From Candidatus Pelagibacterales bacterium (GTDB lineage: Bacteria > Pseudomonadota > Alphaproteobacteria > Pelagibacterales > AG-422-B15): 64,000 bases of DNA. The stretch is taken from assembly GCA_029242795.1 (NCBI GenBank), contig JAQWTH010000028.1, positions 4,150 through 68,149 of the forward strand, read 5' to 3'. The notes below the pieces were generated by a model. It searched no databases and was not told where the DNA came from. It saw nothing but the letters and a program-made list of their open reading frames with translations. Shown in pieces: positions 44,534 through 56,374 of the stretch; position 1 is the stretch's first letter, and every line of letters begins with the position of its first letter. Both the position numbers and the translations under genes were made by a program.

Positions 44534-45005
44534 TTTCTTTACTCTTTATAATATTGTTTATTATTTGGTTAAATCCTTGAACAGAATTAGACCCTGATTT
44601 TTGGAATACCTCAGCTATATCTTTTAGTATTGGCTCTAATATATTATCTAACATTTTATTAGTCTGATTTGATAAATAAAGATTCTTCTTTCTAGCATCT
44701 TCTGAATTTATTTTTTGAATTATAAAGTTATTGTGAATAAGTTTTTTAAGAACTCGATTAAGACTTTGTTTGCTTATATCCAACTCTTCCATTAATTCAT
44801 TAAATATTATTCCAGGATTTAAATTAATAACTAAAAGACATCTTATATCTGCTATACCAAATATATCGTTATTGATTTTATCAGTGATAATTTTTTCAAA
44901 ACTTTTAGAGACATTAAAAAATGTATTTAAAGATTCTTTTACTTTATCTTCTCTAAGATAAAGCAGAGGCGATCCTTTTGGATTGTTAAAATTTAAGTCA
45001 GACAC
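44523..45005 (-). CDS. MarR-family transcriptional regulator (PetP-like)
   Basis: 160 aa with a winged HTH (ELMEELDISKQSLNRVLKKLIHNNFI, D.R.K.L.L). Its stop overlaps the response-regulator start by 11 nt. Confidence 0.72.
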   Translation of the reverse strand: MSDLNFNNPKGSPLLYLREDKVKESLNTFFNVSKSFEKIITDKINNDIFGIADIRCLLVINLNPGIIFNELMEELDISKQSLNRVLKKLIHNNFIIQKINSEDARKKNLYLSNQTNKMLDNILEPILKDIAEVFQKSGSNSVQGFNQIINNIIKSKENDA

Positions 45006-45089
45006 TATGACATAATAATTTTAAAAATAGATATTAATCAAGAAATATTTATGATAATTAGCTATTTCACGAATTTAATTAGATAAATT

Positions 45090-45971
45090 ATGACTGTAAA
45101 ACCTTTTGATAATAGAGATGGCATTATATGGATGAATGGGGAGTTCATTGATTGGAATGATGCTAAGTGCCATATAATCACTCAAGGAATGCATTATGCT
45201 AGTGCTGTTTTTGAAGGAGAGAGGGCTTATAATGGTAAAATATTTAAGTCTGAAGAACACACGAAGAGATTATTTAAATCTGCTGAAATAGTAGGCATCA
45301 AGATACCTTACAGTGAAGATGAGATTAACAAAGCTAAAGATGAACTGATTAGTAAAATGGCTTTAAGTGACTGCTATGTTAGGCCCATTGCTTGGAGGGG
45401 TAGTCAGCAAATGGGGCTATCAACTTCAAACGCTGACATAAATATTGCAATCGCAGTATGGGATGATTGGGCATCTTATTTTAAAATAGAAGATAGAAAA
45501 GCAGGCTTGAAACTAATTACATCTCCTTGGAAAAGGCCTTCTCCTGATACAGCGCCATGCGAAGCTAAGGCATCTGGACCATATGTTATTTGTACAATGT
45601 CTAAAGAGTTTGCGGAAAATAAAGGTTATAATGATGCTCTAATGTTAGATTATCGTGGCTATGTTGCTGAGGGTACAGGAGCAAATATATTTTTTGTAAA
45701 AGATAAAGAGATACATACTCCAATTCCAGATTGTTTTTTAAACGGAATAACCCGTCAAACAGTAATTGAAATGGTTTCTATGAATGGTTTTAAAGTTATA
45801 GAGAAATACATAAAACCTGATGAAGTTTCAAACTATGATGAAGCTTTTTTAACAGGGACCGCGGCTGAAGTTACGCCAATTCAATCAATAGACGAAAATC
45901 TGTTTCAGACTGGTGAAGATACTCAGACATTTAAATTCATGCAAGAATTTCATGATCTTGTAAGATCTTAA
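45090..45971 (+). CDS. ilvE: branched-chain amino acid aminotransferase (class IV)
   Basis: 293 aa with HYASAVFEGERAY, GYVAEGTGANIFFV and GITR motifs. Confidence 0.9.
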   Translation: MTVKPFDNRDGIIWMNGEFIDWNDAKCHIITQGMHYASAVFEGERAYNGKIFKSEEHTKRLFKSAEIVGIKIPYSEDEINKAKDELISKMALSDCYVRPIAWRGSQQMGLSTSNADINIAIAVWDDWASYFKIEDRKAGLKLITSPWKRPSPDTAPCEAKASGPYVICTMSKEFAENKGYNDALMLDYRGYVAEGTGANIFFVKDKEIHTPIPDCFLNGITRQTVIEMVSMNGFKVIEKYIKPDEVSNYDEAFLTGTAAEVTPIQSIDENLFQTGEDTQTFKFMQEFHDLVRS

Positions 45972-46513
45972 TTAAAAATTGTTCGATAATATTTGAAACC
46001 ACTAATTAGTGTAAGTATCATTGATGCCCAAAGTAGAATAATTCCAATATTGAGTATAACTATTGAATTTTGAAATGAGATGCTAAGTAGAATTAGTGTT
46101 AAACTTATCATTTGAAGTGCAGTTTTTATTTTACCAATATTGGAGACTTCAATCGTATTCTCAAGTTTACTATTCGCAGCAAATTCACGAAGCCCAGAAA
46201 TAAATATTTCTCTAGAAATAATTAATAATGCTGGAACAATATTTAGGTCCTCAATTGTACCTGTAATCATCAGTGATGTAAGAACACCTACAACTAATAA
46301 TTTATCAGCAATAGGATCAAGCATTTTACCAAAATCAGAAGTACTACCTTGATTTCTTGCGATAAAACCATCAAGAAAATCAGTGAATGAAATAGCTATG
46401 AATAATACTACAGAATACATATTTAATTGAAAATTTGATGATAAAATCATGAATAGTAAAAGTGGCAAAAATATAACTCTTGATAAAGTGAGTATATTAG
46501 GAAGATTTTTCAT
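45968..46513 (-). CDS. pgsA: CDP-diacylglycerol-glycerol-3-phosphate 3-phosphatidyltransferase
   Basis: 181 aa with the CDP-alcohol phosphotransferase motif DFLDGFIAR...G..LDPIADK. Confidence 0.9.
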   Translation of the reverse strand: MKNLPNILTLSRVIFLPLLLFMILSSNFQLNMYSVVLFIAISFTDFLDGFIARNQGSTSDFGKMLDPIADKLLVVGVLTSLMITGTIEDLNIVPALLIISREIFISGLREFAANSKLENTIEVSNIGKIKTALQMISLTLILLSISFQNSIVILNIGIILLWASMILTLISGFKYYRTIFN

Positions 46514-48345
46514 TAGTTCCTAAAAAAGTCATATATTTTTTGAGCAAGCCCTTTATGAATTCCTCTAACTTTCATTAGATCTTGAGACGATGCATTTTTT
46601 ATGTGCGGAACTGACCCAAAATGATTTAAGAGAAGCTTTCTTTTTATTCGGCCTAGTCCATCAATGGCTTCTAATTCTGATGATTTCATATCTCTCTTAC
46701 GCTTTGCTTTATGAGCTCCTAAGGCAAATCTATGAGACTCATCTCTAAGTCTTTGGATAAAGAAAAATGACGGTGTATCTTTTTCAATAAAGCCCTTCTT
46801 ATTATTATAAATTATTTGATCTAATGTCTCTCTGCGTCCTTCACCTTTAAAAATTGATAACACACTAATACTCTCAAGACTGTTCTCGTCTAATATCTTT
46901 CTGGCAATATCATAGTGGCCTTTACCTCCATCAATAACAATTATATCTGGGAGAGTATTGTATTTTTTACTGTTCTTTATTGCTTCATTGCTAAATCGAC
47001 GGCTAAGTACATGTCTCATCATTCCATAATCATCACTTAATTTAACTTTATTTGAGTCTATATTAAATTTTCGGTAACTCTTTTTGTCAAATCCTTCGCT
47101 TGTATATACAATCATAGCGCCAACCGCATTTTTTCCAAATAAATGACTATTGTCATAAGCTTCAATACGATCAATCTTTTTTGTAATTCCCAGGGTATCT
47201 CTAAGTGATTCAAGGTTTTTGGAGTCGCTGAGTTTTTGAGCTATGTAATTTTTAAGTGAAATTTGAGAATTTCTATCTGCATATTTAACAATATCAAGTT
47301 TCTTTCCCTTAATAGGTACATTGAATTTAGTTTTAAAGTCATAAATAGAGCATAAGGAGGAAACAATCAGACTCTCATCGTTCAAAACATGATTGATTAA
47401 TACCTCACGTGGAGGGCTATACTTTGTATAAAAATCTACTATAAATCTCTCTAATATTTCTGATGTTTGATCCTCATCACTGTGTTTTGGAAAATAAGAT
47501 CGGTTACCCCAATTTTGACCTGATCTATATATAAAAACTTGAATACAAGATTTATTGCCCTGTCGTGCAATTGAGATTACATCTGTATTTTTTATATCTT
47601 TTAAATTAATATTTTGCTGGCTTTGTATTTGTGTTAGCGCAACAATTTTATCTCGATAACTTGCTGCTTTTTCAAAATTAAGGCTATTGCTCTCACTTTC
47701 CATTTTTTGTGATAGCTCTTCTTGTAAATTACTATGTTTACCTGAGAGAAAATCCTCTGCACTTTTAACAGACTCCAAGTAATCTTCCTTATTTATTGTG
47801 TAATCAACGCAAGGTCCACTACATCTCTCAATCTGATAAAGTAGACAGGGCTTTGTTCGATTTTCAAATATTGTATCTTCACATGATCTTAATAAGAAAA
47901 CTTTTTGAAGTATTTTTAAAGTATAATCGAGAGATGAAATAGTTGCAAAAGGCCCAAAATACTTCCCTTTAATACTTTGCTTACCTCTGTGTTTTTTTAT
48001 CTGAGGATAGTCATGTTCATAATTTATCAAGATATATGGGAAAGATTTATCATCTCTTAGAAGAATATTGTATTGCGGTTTTATTCTTTTTATTAAATTT
48101 GCTTCAAGCAATAGGGCTTCTTTTTCAGTTTCAGTAACGACAACATCAATTTTTTCAACTTGAGACATAAGCCTCTTGATACGATTTGATAGGTTATTTG
48201 GATTAAGATAACTTTTGAGTCTATTTTGAATATTTTTTGCTTTTCCTACATAAAGAATCTTCTCTTGATCATTTACCATTTTGTAAATTCCAGAAGATTT
48301 TGGCTGTTGACTAACTATTTTTTTAAGTGTCTCAATATTCTTCAT
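46513..48345 (-). CDS. uvrC: excinuclease ABC subunit C
   Basis: 610 aa with a GIY-YIG domain (SGIYKM...ILYVGKAKNIQNRL), a Cys-rich segment, a UvrBC domain and a C-terminal (HhH)2. Confidence 0.95.
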   Translation of the reverse strand: MKNIETLKKIVSQQPKSSGIYKMVNDQEKILYVGKAKNIQNRLKSYLNPNNLSNRIKRLMSQVEKIDVVVTETEKEALLLEANLIKRIKPQYNILLRDDKSFPYILINYEHDYPQIKKHRGKQSIKGKYFGPFATISSLDYTLKILQKVFLLRSCEDTIFENRTKPCLLYQIERCSGPCVDYTINKEDYLESVKSAEDFLSGKHSNLQEELSQKMESESNSLNFEKAASYRDKIVALTQIQSQQNINLKDIKNTDVISIARQGNKSCIQVFIYRSGQNWGNRSYFPKHSDEDQTSEILERFIVDFYTKYSPPREVLINHVLNDESLIVSSLCSIYDFKTKFNVPIKGKKLDIVKYADRNSQISLKNYIAQKLSDSKNLESLRDTLGITKKIDRIEAYDNSHLFGKNAVGAMIVYTSEGFDKKSYRKFNIDSNKVKLSDDYGMMRHVLSRRFSNEAIKNSKKYNTLPDIIVIDGGKGHYDIARKILDENSLESISVLSIFKGEGRRETLDQIIYNNKKGFIEKDTPSFFFIQRLRDESHRFALGAHKAKRKRDMKSSELEAIDGLGRIKRKLLLNHFGSVPHIKNASSQDLMKVRGIHKGLAQKIYDFFRN

Positions 48346-48773
48346 TTTTCTATACGAGAACGTTCAACCTCTATTCCAGCACCTGCGGCACCTTCAATTG
48401 CTTCTGGTTTTTCAAGTCTAATTTTCATTGTCTCGATTCTTTTATTTTTAAAACATTCTTGAAATATCTTTTCTGCAAGTTTTTCAAGAAGAATTGTATG
48501 GCCAGATTTAATAATTTTTTTTATTTTTTTAGATATTTGATTATAGCAAACAACACTCTGTAAATTGTTATCATTTATTTTTTTTGGATTTCTTACTTTA
48601 GCGATCACATTAATTTTAATAGGCTGAGTCTTTTCTTTTTCATGTTTGTAGACTCCTATATTAGCCTGTAAAGTAAAGTCATTTAGAAAAATGAGGTCGT
48701 AGCCAGATTTCTTATTAATCAGATCAGTTTCAGATCTCAGATCATTCAATTTTAAAACATTTTTTGAAGTCAT
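48342..48773 (-). CDS. folB: dihydroneopterin aldolase family protein
   Basis: 143 aa with IGVYKHEKEKTQPIKINV and LEKLAEKI...RLEKPEAI motifs, and an N-terminal extension of about 25 aa. Confidence 0.72.
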   Translation of the reverse strand: MTSKNVLKLNDLRSETDLINKKSGYDLIFLNDFTLQANIGVYKHEKEKTQPIKINVIAKVRNPKKINDNNLQSVVCYNQISKKIKKIIKSGHTILLEKLAEKIFQECFKNKRIETMKIRLEKPEAIEGAAGAGIEVERSRIEK

Positions 48774-49498
48774 TTTAAATGTTCTCCGCCATCAACTGTA
48801 ATAAATTGACCTGTAATTGCTTTCGACTCAAGTAAAAAAATAACTGATTTTACAATCTCAGAAGGTGGGGATCCAATTTTAAGCGGTGTACTTTTTACCG
48901 ATTTTTCAAAGTGTTTTTTTGATTGGTGAATATTCTTTATTGTTGGTCCAGGCCCGATTGCATTAACCCTGATATTTGGAGCAAAGGATTTTGCTAAAAT
49001 TATTGTGGCAGTATACAAAGCTGATTTTGAAATATTATATGAGAAGAAAGACGTGTCTGGATTAAAAATATTTTGGTCAAGAATATTTATTATATGGCCC
49101 TGTGACTTTTTTGGTAATTGTTTATTAAATTCCTGAGATAATCTTACTGGAGCTAAAAGATTTATATTTAAGTGATCATTCCATAGTTTATCAGAAAAAC
49201 TCTCGACATTGTCATTTAAAAACAATGAAGCATTGTTTATCAAACAGTTAATTGTCCCAAAGAACTTTTTGGCATTATTCATAATTTTTTTTAGATCTTT
49301 TTGATTACTAAGGTTGCTTTTAATCAAAGCACACTTAGAACCTCTTTCTTCTAATAATAATTTTAATTTTCTAGCCTCTAATAAAGATTTATTGTAATGA
49401 ATAATCAGATTTGTATCTTTATTAGCTAGGGATAAAGCTATTTCCTTTCCTACTCTTTTTGCACCACCAGTGATTAAAACTGTTCTTTTTTTCATCAT
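48770..49498 (-). CDS. short-chain dehydrogenase/reductase (possibly pteridine-reductase-like, next to folB)
   Basis: VLITGGAKRVG, NNAS and Y..SK (YNISKSAL) motifs. ATG 49498 abuts the antiporter stop. The ORF track uses TTG 49510. Confidence 0.8.
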   Translation of the reverse strand: MMKKRTVLITGGAKRVGKEIALSLANKDTNLIIHYNKSLLEARKLKLLLEERGSKCALIKSNLSNQKDLKKIMNNAKKFFGTINCLINNASLFLNDNVESFSDKLWNDHLNINLLAPVRLSQEFNKQLPKKSQGHIINILDQNIFNPDTSFFSYNISKSALYTATIILAKSFAPNIRVNAIGPGPTIKNIHQSKKHFEKSVKSTPLKIGSPPSEIVKSVIFLLESKAITGQFITVDGGEHLK

Positions 49499-50433
49499 AC
49501 TATGTACCAAATGTAAGTAGCATAGGATCCAGTAAATATCAAAGCAACTACTTTACCAATTTTTATTTTGAATAGAGATAATATTATAATTGTAATTGTT
49601 GAGAGCATTAGTGCATAAATATGTAAAATTGAATTCTCAGGAATATTAAAAGTTAAGCCCCTAGACTGAATGATTAGGAGTCCTGGAAAGAAGACAAACA
49701 ATATATTCATAATATTGCTACCAATTACATTCCCAATGCCAATTGCCCCCTTTTTTTTGATATAGGCTAGGATTACTGTTGCTAGTTCTGGTAATGAAGT
49801 TCCAATCGCTAGGACTGAAACACCTATTACTGTCTCTTGAAGACCCAAATACTTAAAGAGATCAAGTGAGTTATTTAAAAATAACTTTCCACCAATAAAT
49901 ATCCCAATAAAAGTAAGCATTAATTTTATATATATTGATCTTTGGAAACCTTCTTCATTATTTTCATCTTCATCAGTGATTTCACTTTGATAATTTTTTA
50001 AGTAGTAAATAAAACCAATTAGAAAAATAAAAAAACCAACTGAAAAAATAAATCCAAATGAGGTGCCTATAAAAAAAATAAAAGCAAAATAAAAAGTTAT
50101 AAAAAATAAGAATGCATTTGTAGCATTTTTAATTTGTCCTAAGTCAATATTAAAAAATAATGCTGATACACCTAAAATTAATATTAGGTTAGCCACATTT
50201 GACCCAATTACATTTCCAATTATGGCATCTGTAGCAGGAATATCTTTCAATGATGCAACTACGGTTATCACTAATTCAGGAGCTGATGTTCCAAAAGCTA
50301 CTATAGTTAGACCAATTAAAATAGGTGAGAGAGAAAATTCTTTTGCAATTGTGTCTGCGAATATGATCATACGATCTGCACAATAAAGCAATAAAAGAAG
50401 ACCAAAGATGACTAAAATAGAGTTTGTTATCAT
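49495..50433 (-). CDS. CaCA-family Na+/Ca2+ antiporter (YrbG-like)
   Basis: 312 aa polytopic protein with duplicated alpha-repeats GTSAPEL...GNVIGSN and GTSLPEL...GNVIGSN. Confidence 0.85.
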   Translation of the reverse strand: MITNSILVIFGLLLLLYCADRMIIFADTIAKEFSLSPILIGLTIVAFGTSAPELVITVVASLKDIPATDAIIGNVIGSNVANLILILGVSALFFNIDLGQIKNATNAFLFFITFYFAFIFFIGTSFGFIFSVGFFIFLIGFIYYLKNYQSEITDEDENNEEGFQRSIYIKLMLTFIGIFIGGKLFLNNSLDLFKYLGLQETVIGVSVLAIGTSLPELATVILAYIKKKGAIGIGNVIGSNIMNILFVFFPGLLIIQSRGLTFNIPENSILHIYALMLSTITIIILSLFKIKIGKVVALIFTGSYATYIWYIV

Positions 50434-52485
50434 TTAACTAAAATATTTTTTTCTTTTTTTTCTATTATAACTAGTACTTTTTATATTAGGTAACTCCAAT
50501 TCATTATTTTCTAGTCTTTTAATTTCATCTCTCAACTTAGCTGCTTCTTCAAAATTTAAATCTTCTGCGAAATTTAACATTTTCTTTTTCAAGCCATCTA
50601 AGTGTTTCTTTAAATTATTGCCAACTAGATGTTTTTCCTCATTTTCAGGTAGTTCTACATTCACTCTATCATTTTCATAGATGCTTGCGAGTATATCACT
50701 TATATCTCTTTTAATAGTTTTTGGTGTAATATTATTATCTTTATTGAATTTTTCTTGAATTTTTCTTCTTCTTTTTGTTTCCTCAATAGCTTTTATCATA
50801 CTATCTGTTTTTTTATCGGCGTATAATATTACTCTACCATCTACATTTCTTGCAGCTCTTCCAATTGTTTGAACAAGAGAACGTTCGGATCGTAAGAATC
50901 CCTCTTTATCAGCATCTAGAATTGCGACTAATGCACACTCAGGTATATCTAGGCCTTCACGAAGCAAGTTAATTCCAACCAGAACATCAAATATGCCTCT
51001 TCTTAAGTCTCGAATTATTTCTATTCGTTCCAAGGTATCAATGTCTGAATGCATATATTTTACTTTGATACCATTTTCATGCATATATTCAGAGAGGTCT
51101 TCCGCCATTCTTTTTGTTAGAGTTGTAATGAGAACCCTGTATTTATTTTTAACAATTTTCTTAGATTCTGATATGAGATCTTCAACCTGGTTCTTTGCAG
51201 GTCTTATCTCTACTTCAGGATCTATAAGACCTGTTGGCCTTATAATTTGTTCAGTGAATACACCTTGTGTTTTTTTTAATTCCCATGGCCCTGGTGTAGC
51301 AGAAATGAACAAACTTTGTGGTCTCATCATTTCCCATTCTTCAAACTTGAGAGGTCTATTATCCTTACATGAAGGCAGCCGAAATCCATACTCTGATAAA
51401 GTATGTTTTCTAGTTCTATCTCCTTTATACATTCCATTTAGTTGGGGTACAGTCACATGGCTTTCATCAATAAATAGAAGTGAGTTTTCAGGCAAGTACT
51501 CAAAGAGTGTAGGCGGTGGTTCACCAGGCTTCCTTCCAGATAGATAGCGTGAATAATTTTCAATACCTGGACAGCTGCCAGTAGCTTCGATCATTTCAAG
51601 ATCAAATCTTGTACGCTCTTCAATTCTCTGTGCTTCAATTAATTTATTATCTTTCTTAAACTCTGGTATTCGAACTTCAAGATCTTTTCTAATTTGCTTG
51701 ATTGCACTTTGTAAAGTTGGCCTAGGAGTAACGTAATGGCTATTCGCATAAATTTTAATATTTGAGAGCGTTTCAGTTTTTTTTCCAGTTAGTGGGTCGA
51801 ATTCATTTATGGTTTCAAGCTCATCCCCAAAAAGAGATATTTTCCATGCCCTGTCTTCATAATGAGATGGGAACACTTCAATCAAATCACCCCTTACTCT
51901 AAATGTTCCTCTATGAAAATCAGTATCATTACGTGTGTATTGTAATGCTATAAGCTTCTGTACAATTTCATTACGTCCAATTTTTTGATTTTCTTCAAGT
52001 TTGATCGTCATAGATCGATAAGTATCAACTGAGCCAATTCCATAAATACATGAAACACTGGCAACGATAATTACATCATCTCTTTCAAGAAGTGACTGCG
52101 TAGCAGAATGGCGCATTCTATCAATTTGTTCATTTATTGAAGCTTCTTTTTCAATATACGTATTTGATCTAGGTACATATGCCTCAGGAATATAATAATC
52201 ATAGTATGAAACAAAATATTCAACCGCATTGTTAGGAAAGAAAGACTTCATTTCGCCATATAATTGAGCTGCGAGGGTTTTATTCGGAGCAAGAATTAGA
52301 GTAGGTCTTTGAGTTTCCTCAATAATTTTTGCCATTGTAAATGTTTTTCCTGATCCTGTTACTCCTAGTAAAACCTGATCAGCTTCTTTTTTTCCTATAT
52401 TCTCAACTATTTCTTTTATTGCTTGAGGTTGATCTCCCGATGGCAAATAATCGGATACAGTTTTAAGCATTTTATTTTTAGACAT
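50434..52485 (-). CDS. uvrB: excinuclease ABC subunit B
   Basis: 683 aa with [12 protein letters not shown], helicase motifs and a C-terminal UVR domain ([14 protein letters not shown]). Confidence 0.97.
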   Translation of the reverse strand: MSKNKMLKTVSDYLPSGDQPQAIKEIVENIGKKEADQVLLGVTGSGKTFTMAKIIEETQRPTLILAPNKTLAAQLYGEMKSFFPNNAVEYFVSYYDYYIPEAYVPRSNTYIEKEASINEQIDRMRHSATQSLLERDDVIIVASVSCIYGIGSVDTYRSMTIKLEENQKIGRNEIVQKLIALQYTRNDTDFHRGTFRVRGDLIEVFPSHYEDRAWKISLFGDELETINEFDPLTGKKTETLSNIKIYANSHYVTPRPTLQSAIKQIRKDLEVRIPEFKKDNKLIEAQRIEERTRFDLEMIEATGSCPGIENYSRYLSGRKPGEPPPTLFEYLPENSLLFIDESHVTVPQLNGMYKGDRTRKHTLSEYGFRLPSCKDNRPLKFEEWEMMRPQSLFISATPGPWELKKTQGVFTEQIIRPTGLIDPEVEIRPAKNQVEDLISESKKIVKNKYRVLITTLTKRMAEDLSEYMHENGIKVKYMHSDIDTLERIEIIRDLRRGIFDVLVGINLLREGLDIPECALVAILDADKEGFLRSERSLVQTIGRAARNVDGRVILYADKKTDSMIKAIEETKRRRKIQEKFNKDNNITPKTIKRDISDILASIYENDRVNVELPENEEKHLVGNNLKKHLDGLKKKMLNFAEDLNFEEAAKLRDEIKRLENNELELPNIKSTSYNRKKRKKYFS

Positions 52486-52548
52486 TTTTGCTCCTTGGTA
52501 TTAAATATAGCCTGAGATTATTAAAAATCTAATAATTACATCTTATAA

Positions 52549-53760
<1,212 letters not shown>

Positions 53761-53773
53761 TCTTGGTTAAAGA

Positions 53774-54706
53774 CTACTCTAGACCAGAAATATACTTCTC
53801 AGCCTCAAGCGCCGCCATGCATCCCATGCCTGCAGCCGTTACAGCTTGTCTGAATGTTTTATCTTTTACATCGCCCGCAGCATAAACGCCCTCGACACTT
53901 GTAACCGTAGAGTCGGGCTTAGTAATTATATAACCCTCATCATCCATTTCCACTTTCCCCTTGAAAATTTGAGTTGCTGGATCATGTCCGATTGCAATGA
54001 ATACACCGTCAACTTTTAGATCAGTAATAGATCCATCAAGTGTGCTTTTAAGTTTTACACCTTGAACGTTTGGTGGACTATCTTCACCATATATTTCATC
54101 AAGTTGGTTGTTCCATATACAATTTATTTTTGCGTGGTTTAAAAGTCTATCTTGAAGAATTTTCTCTGCTCTTAATGTGTCTCTTCTGTGAACAAGGTGA
54201 ACTTTTGATGCAAAACTAGTAAGAAAAAGAGCTTCTTCCACTGCAGAGTTTCCTCCACCTACTACAACAACCTCTCTATCCTTAAAAAAGAAACCATCAC
54301 ATGTAGCACAAGCTGAAACACCATATCCTTGAAATTTTTGTTCACTATCTAAGCCAAGCCATCTTGCCTGAGCACCTGTTGAGATAATAATTGAATCTGC
54401 TGTATAGGTATCACCATTTTCACTAACTGCAGTAAAGGGTCTATTTTCAAAATCGACAGATTTGATCATATCATTGATTATGTTAGTACCTACGTTTTTT
54501 GCTTGCGTCTCCATTTGTTCCATTAGCCAAGGACCTTGAATAACATCTCCATATCCGGGATAGTTTTCAACATCCGTTGTTATTGTTAATTGGCCTCCAG
54601 GTTGTAAGCCTTGAACTAATGTAGGGCTTAGCATTGCTCTAGCAGCATATATTGCTGCTGTATAGCCAGCAGGTCCGGAACCAATGATTAAGACTTTTGA
54701 ATGCAT
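53774..54706 (-). CDS. trxB: thioredoxin-disulfide reductase
   Basis: 310 aa with GSGPAGYTAA, redox site CATCDG and GGGNSAVEEA. Confidence 0.95.
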   Translation of the reverse strand: MHSKVLIIGSGPAGYTAAIYAARAMLSPTLVQGLQPGGQLTITTDVENYPGYGDVIQGPWLMEQMETQAKNVGTNIINDMIKSVDFENRPFTAVSENGDTYTADSIIISTGAQARWLGLDSEQKFQGYGVSACATCDGFFFKDREVVVVGGGNSAVEEALFLTSFASKVHLVHRRDTLRAEKILQDRLLNHAKINCIWNNQLDEIYGEDSPPNVQGVKLKSTLDGSITDLKVDGVFIAIGHDPATQIFKGKVEMDDEGYIITKPDSTVTSVEGVYAAGDVKDKTFRQAVTAAGMGCMAALEAEKYISGLE

Positions 54707-54773
54707 ACGATCTAAATAAATGTATATTTTAATAATAAAAATTAAAGTACTTTTAATTATAATTAATAATTAA

Positions 54774-55745
54774 ATGAACAATTTCAATAGAGAAAATTCT
54801 GCCTGGTGTATTACCGATGGATCCGCAGGTATGATTAGTCAAGTTAAAGGACTGGCTCAGGCAATGAATTTAGAATTCACCTTTAAAGAAGTTAAGGTCA
54901 ACTTTCCTTGGAATATTCTGCCTGTGGGCATTACGCCTATTGTTAAAAGTACATTCAGCAACTTCTCAGAGTTCAGTGAAAGTATTCCACCAAAATTTAT
55001 TATTTCTTGTGGAAGAAAAAGTGTTTATTTATCTCTTTTCTTAAAAAGAAAGTACAAGGAAAAAGTAGTGACGATTCATATTCAAAATCCTAAATCTAAA
55101 TATGATGAGTTTGATTTAATTATTTCTCCAAAACATGACAATTTGAGTCTCACAAATTCATTTGTTACAAGCCTGGCTATAAATCATATATCAGAGACTC
55201 TCATTACTGAGGAAATAGAAAAATTTTCTCATTTGGTAAATGTGAATGACATTCCAATTTGTGCAGTTCTCATCGGTGGAAAAAGTAACAATTATATTTT
55301 TGATAACAATGAGATTGATCAATTAATAAATAAAATAAAAAAAATCAAAGAAAACCAAAAAATAAAATTTTTTTTTCTTTTTTCACGTAGAACTGAGGAA
55401 AATATAATCAATAAAATTAATACAGCGTTTAATGAAAGTGAAATTGTTTGGTCTGATAAAGATAAAAAAGAGAACCCATACATCGCTTTATTAGGTTTTT
55501 CAAAGTATATAATTTGTACATCTGACTCAGTTTCAATGATATCGGAAGCAATTTCATCAATGAAGCCGGTTTATATTTTTCGTCTACAAAGCAGTAAATC
55601 AAAGAATAGAATTGAAAATTTCAACGATTATGTGATTTTAGAAGGATTAGCCAGAAAGCTTGATTATAAACTAGAAGAATTTAAACATGACTACAGAAAT
55701 GAAACTGCTATTATTGCAGAAAAAATAAGAAATAAGTTTAAATAA
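54774..55745 (+). CDS. ELM1/DUF1022-family protein (mitochondrial-fission ELM1 homologue; predicted glycosyltransferase-like fold)
   Basis: 323 aa. The N-terminus WCITDGSAGMISQVKGLAQAM matches my recollection of the DUF1022 signature (W.l.DGkaG...Q..GLA.al). Confidence 0.65.
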   Translation: MNNFNRENSAWCITDGSAGMISQVKGLAQAMNLEFTFKEVKVNFPWNILPVGITPIVKSTFSNFSEFSESIPPKFIISCGRKSVYLSLFLKRKYKEKVVTIHIQNPKSKYDEFDLIISPKHDNLSLTNSFVTSLAINHISETLITEEIEKFSHLVNVNDIPICAVLIGGKSNNYIFDNNEIDQLINKIKKIKENQKIKFFFLFSRRTEENIINKINTAFNESEIVWSDKDKKENPYIALLGFSKYIICTSDSVSMISEAISSMKPVYIFRLQSSKSKNRIENFNDYVILEGLARKLDYKLEEFKHDYRNETAIIAEKIRNKFK

Positions 55746-55747
55746 AA

Positions 55748-56374
55748 ATGACACTTATTAACTCCCTAAGAACCAAATCATCTAAATATCAAAGTCCATT
55801 CAATTATTGGATAATCGATGAACCATTATTTGACGATACGATTGATGAAATTTATAAAACTCCAATACCATCAGGAGATGTTATTTTTGATGGAACAAGA
55901 GCTGGTGATAAAAATGGAAAAGATCTTCTTTCTAAATTAAGGGTTTTCATCGATCAAAATAACTATACAGAATTTCCTAACTTGAAAAATTTAATTTCCG
56001 AAATGCAATCAAAGGAGTGTCAGAAATTAATTGAAGGCATGCTTAATGTGAATCTTACAAATTCTTATGTTCGTGTTGAAGTAATTGCAGATAAGGATGG
56101 TTTTTGGCTAGAACCTCATTGCGATATTAAAGAAAAACTAATGTCAAGTATCATATTTGTAAATAAGTATGGAGAGGACGAGAATCTTGGCACAGATTTT
56201 TATCACCCAGATCTTAGTATTGCCAAAACAATACCATATCGAAATAATTATGGTTATATATTTACTGCAGAAAAAAACTCTTGGCATGGGCTTGAAAAGA
56301 AGAAAATAAAAAAAGAGAGACGATGTATACAGATAAATTATGTCACTTTTAAAACTGATTGGCCAGTAGAGTAG
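55748..56374 (+). CDS. hypothetical protein, probable 2OG/Fe(II)-oxygenase (cupin-like) superfamily
   Basis: 208 aa with a PFNYWIIDEPL N-terminus, candidate facial triad HCD (LEPHCDIKEK) plus distal His (NSWHGL), and a downstream Arg (RRCIQINY). It starts 2 nt after the ELM1-like gene. Confidence 0.45.
   Translation: MTLINSLRTKSSKYQSPFNYWIIDEPLFDDTIDEIYKTPIPSGDVIFDGTRAGDKNGKDLLSKLRVFIDQNNYTEFPNLKNLISEMQSKECQKLIEGMLNVNLTNSYVRVEVIADKDGFWLEPHCDIKEKLMSSIIFVNKYGEDENLGTDFYHPDLSIAKTIPYRNNYGYIFTAEKNSWHGLEKKKIKKERRCIQINYVTFKTDWPVE

Noticed and set aside
45051-45086. An 11-codon uORF (MIISYFTNLIR) ending 3 nt before the ilvE ATG. It could be an Ile/Leu-rich attenuation leader.
   Set aside because: It is too short and too easily produced by chance in AT-rich spacer DNA. 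It has no run of regulatory codons and no alternative terminator/antiterminator stems that I can find.
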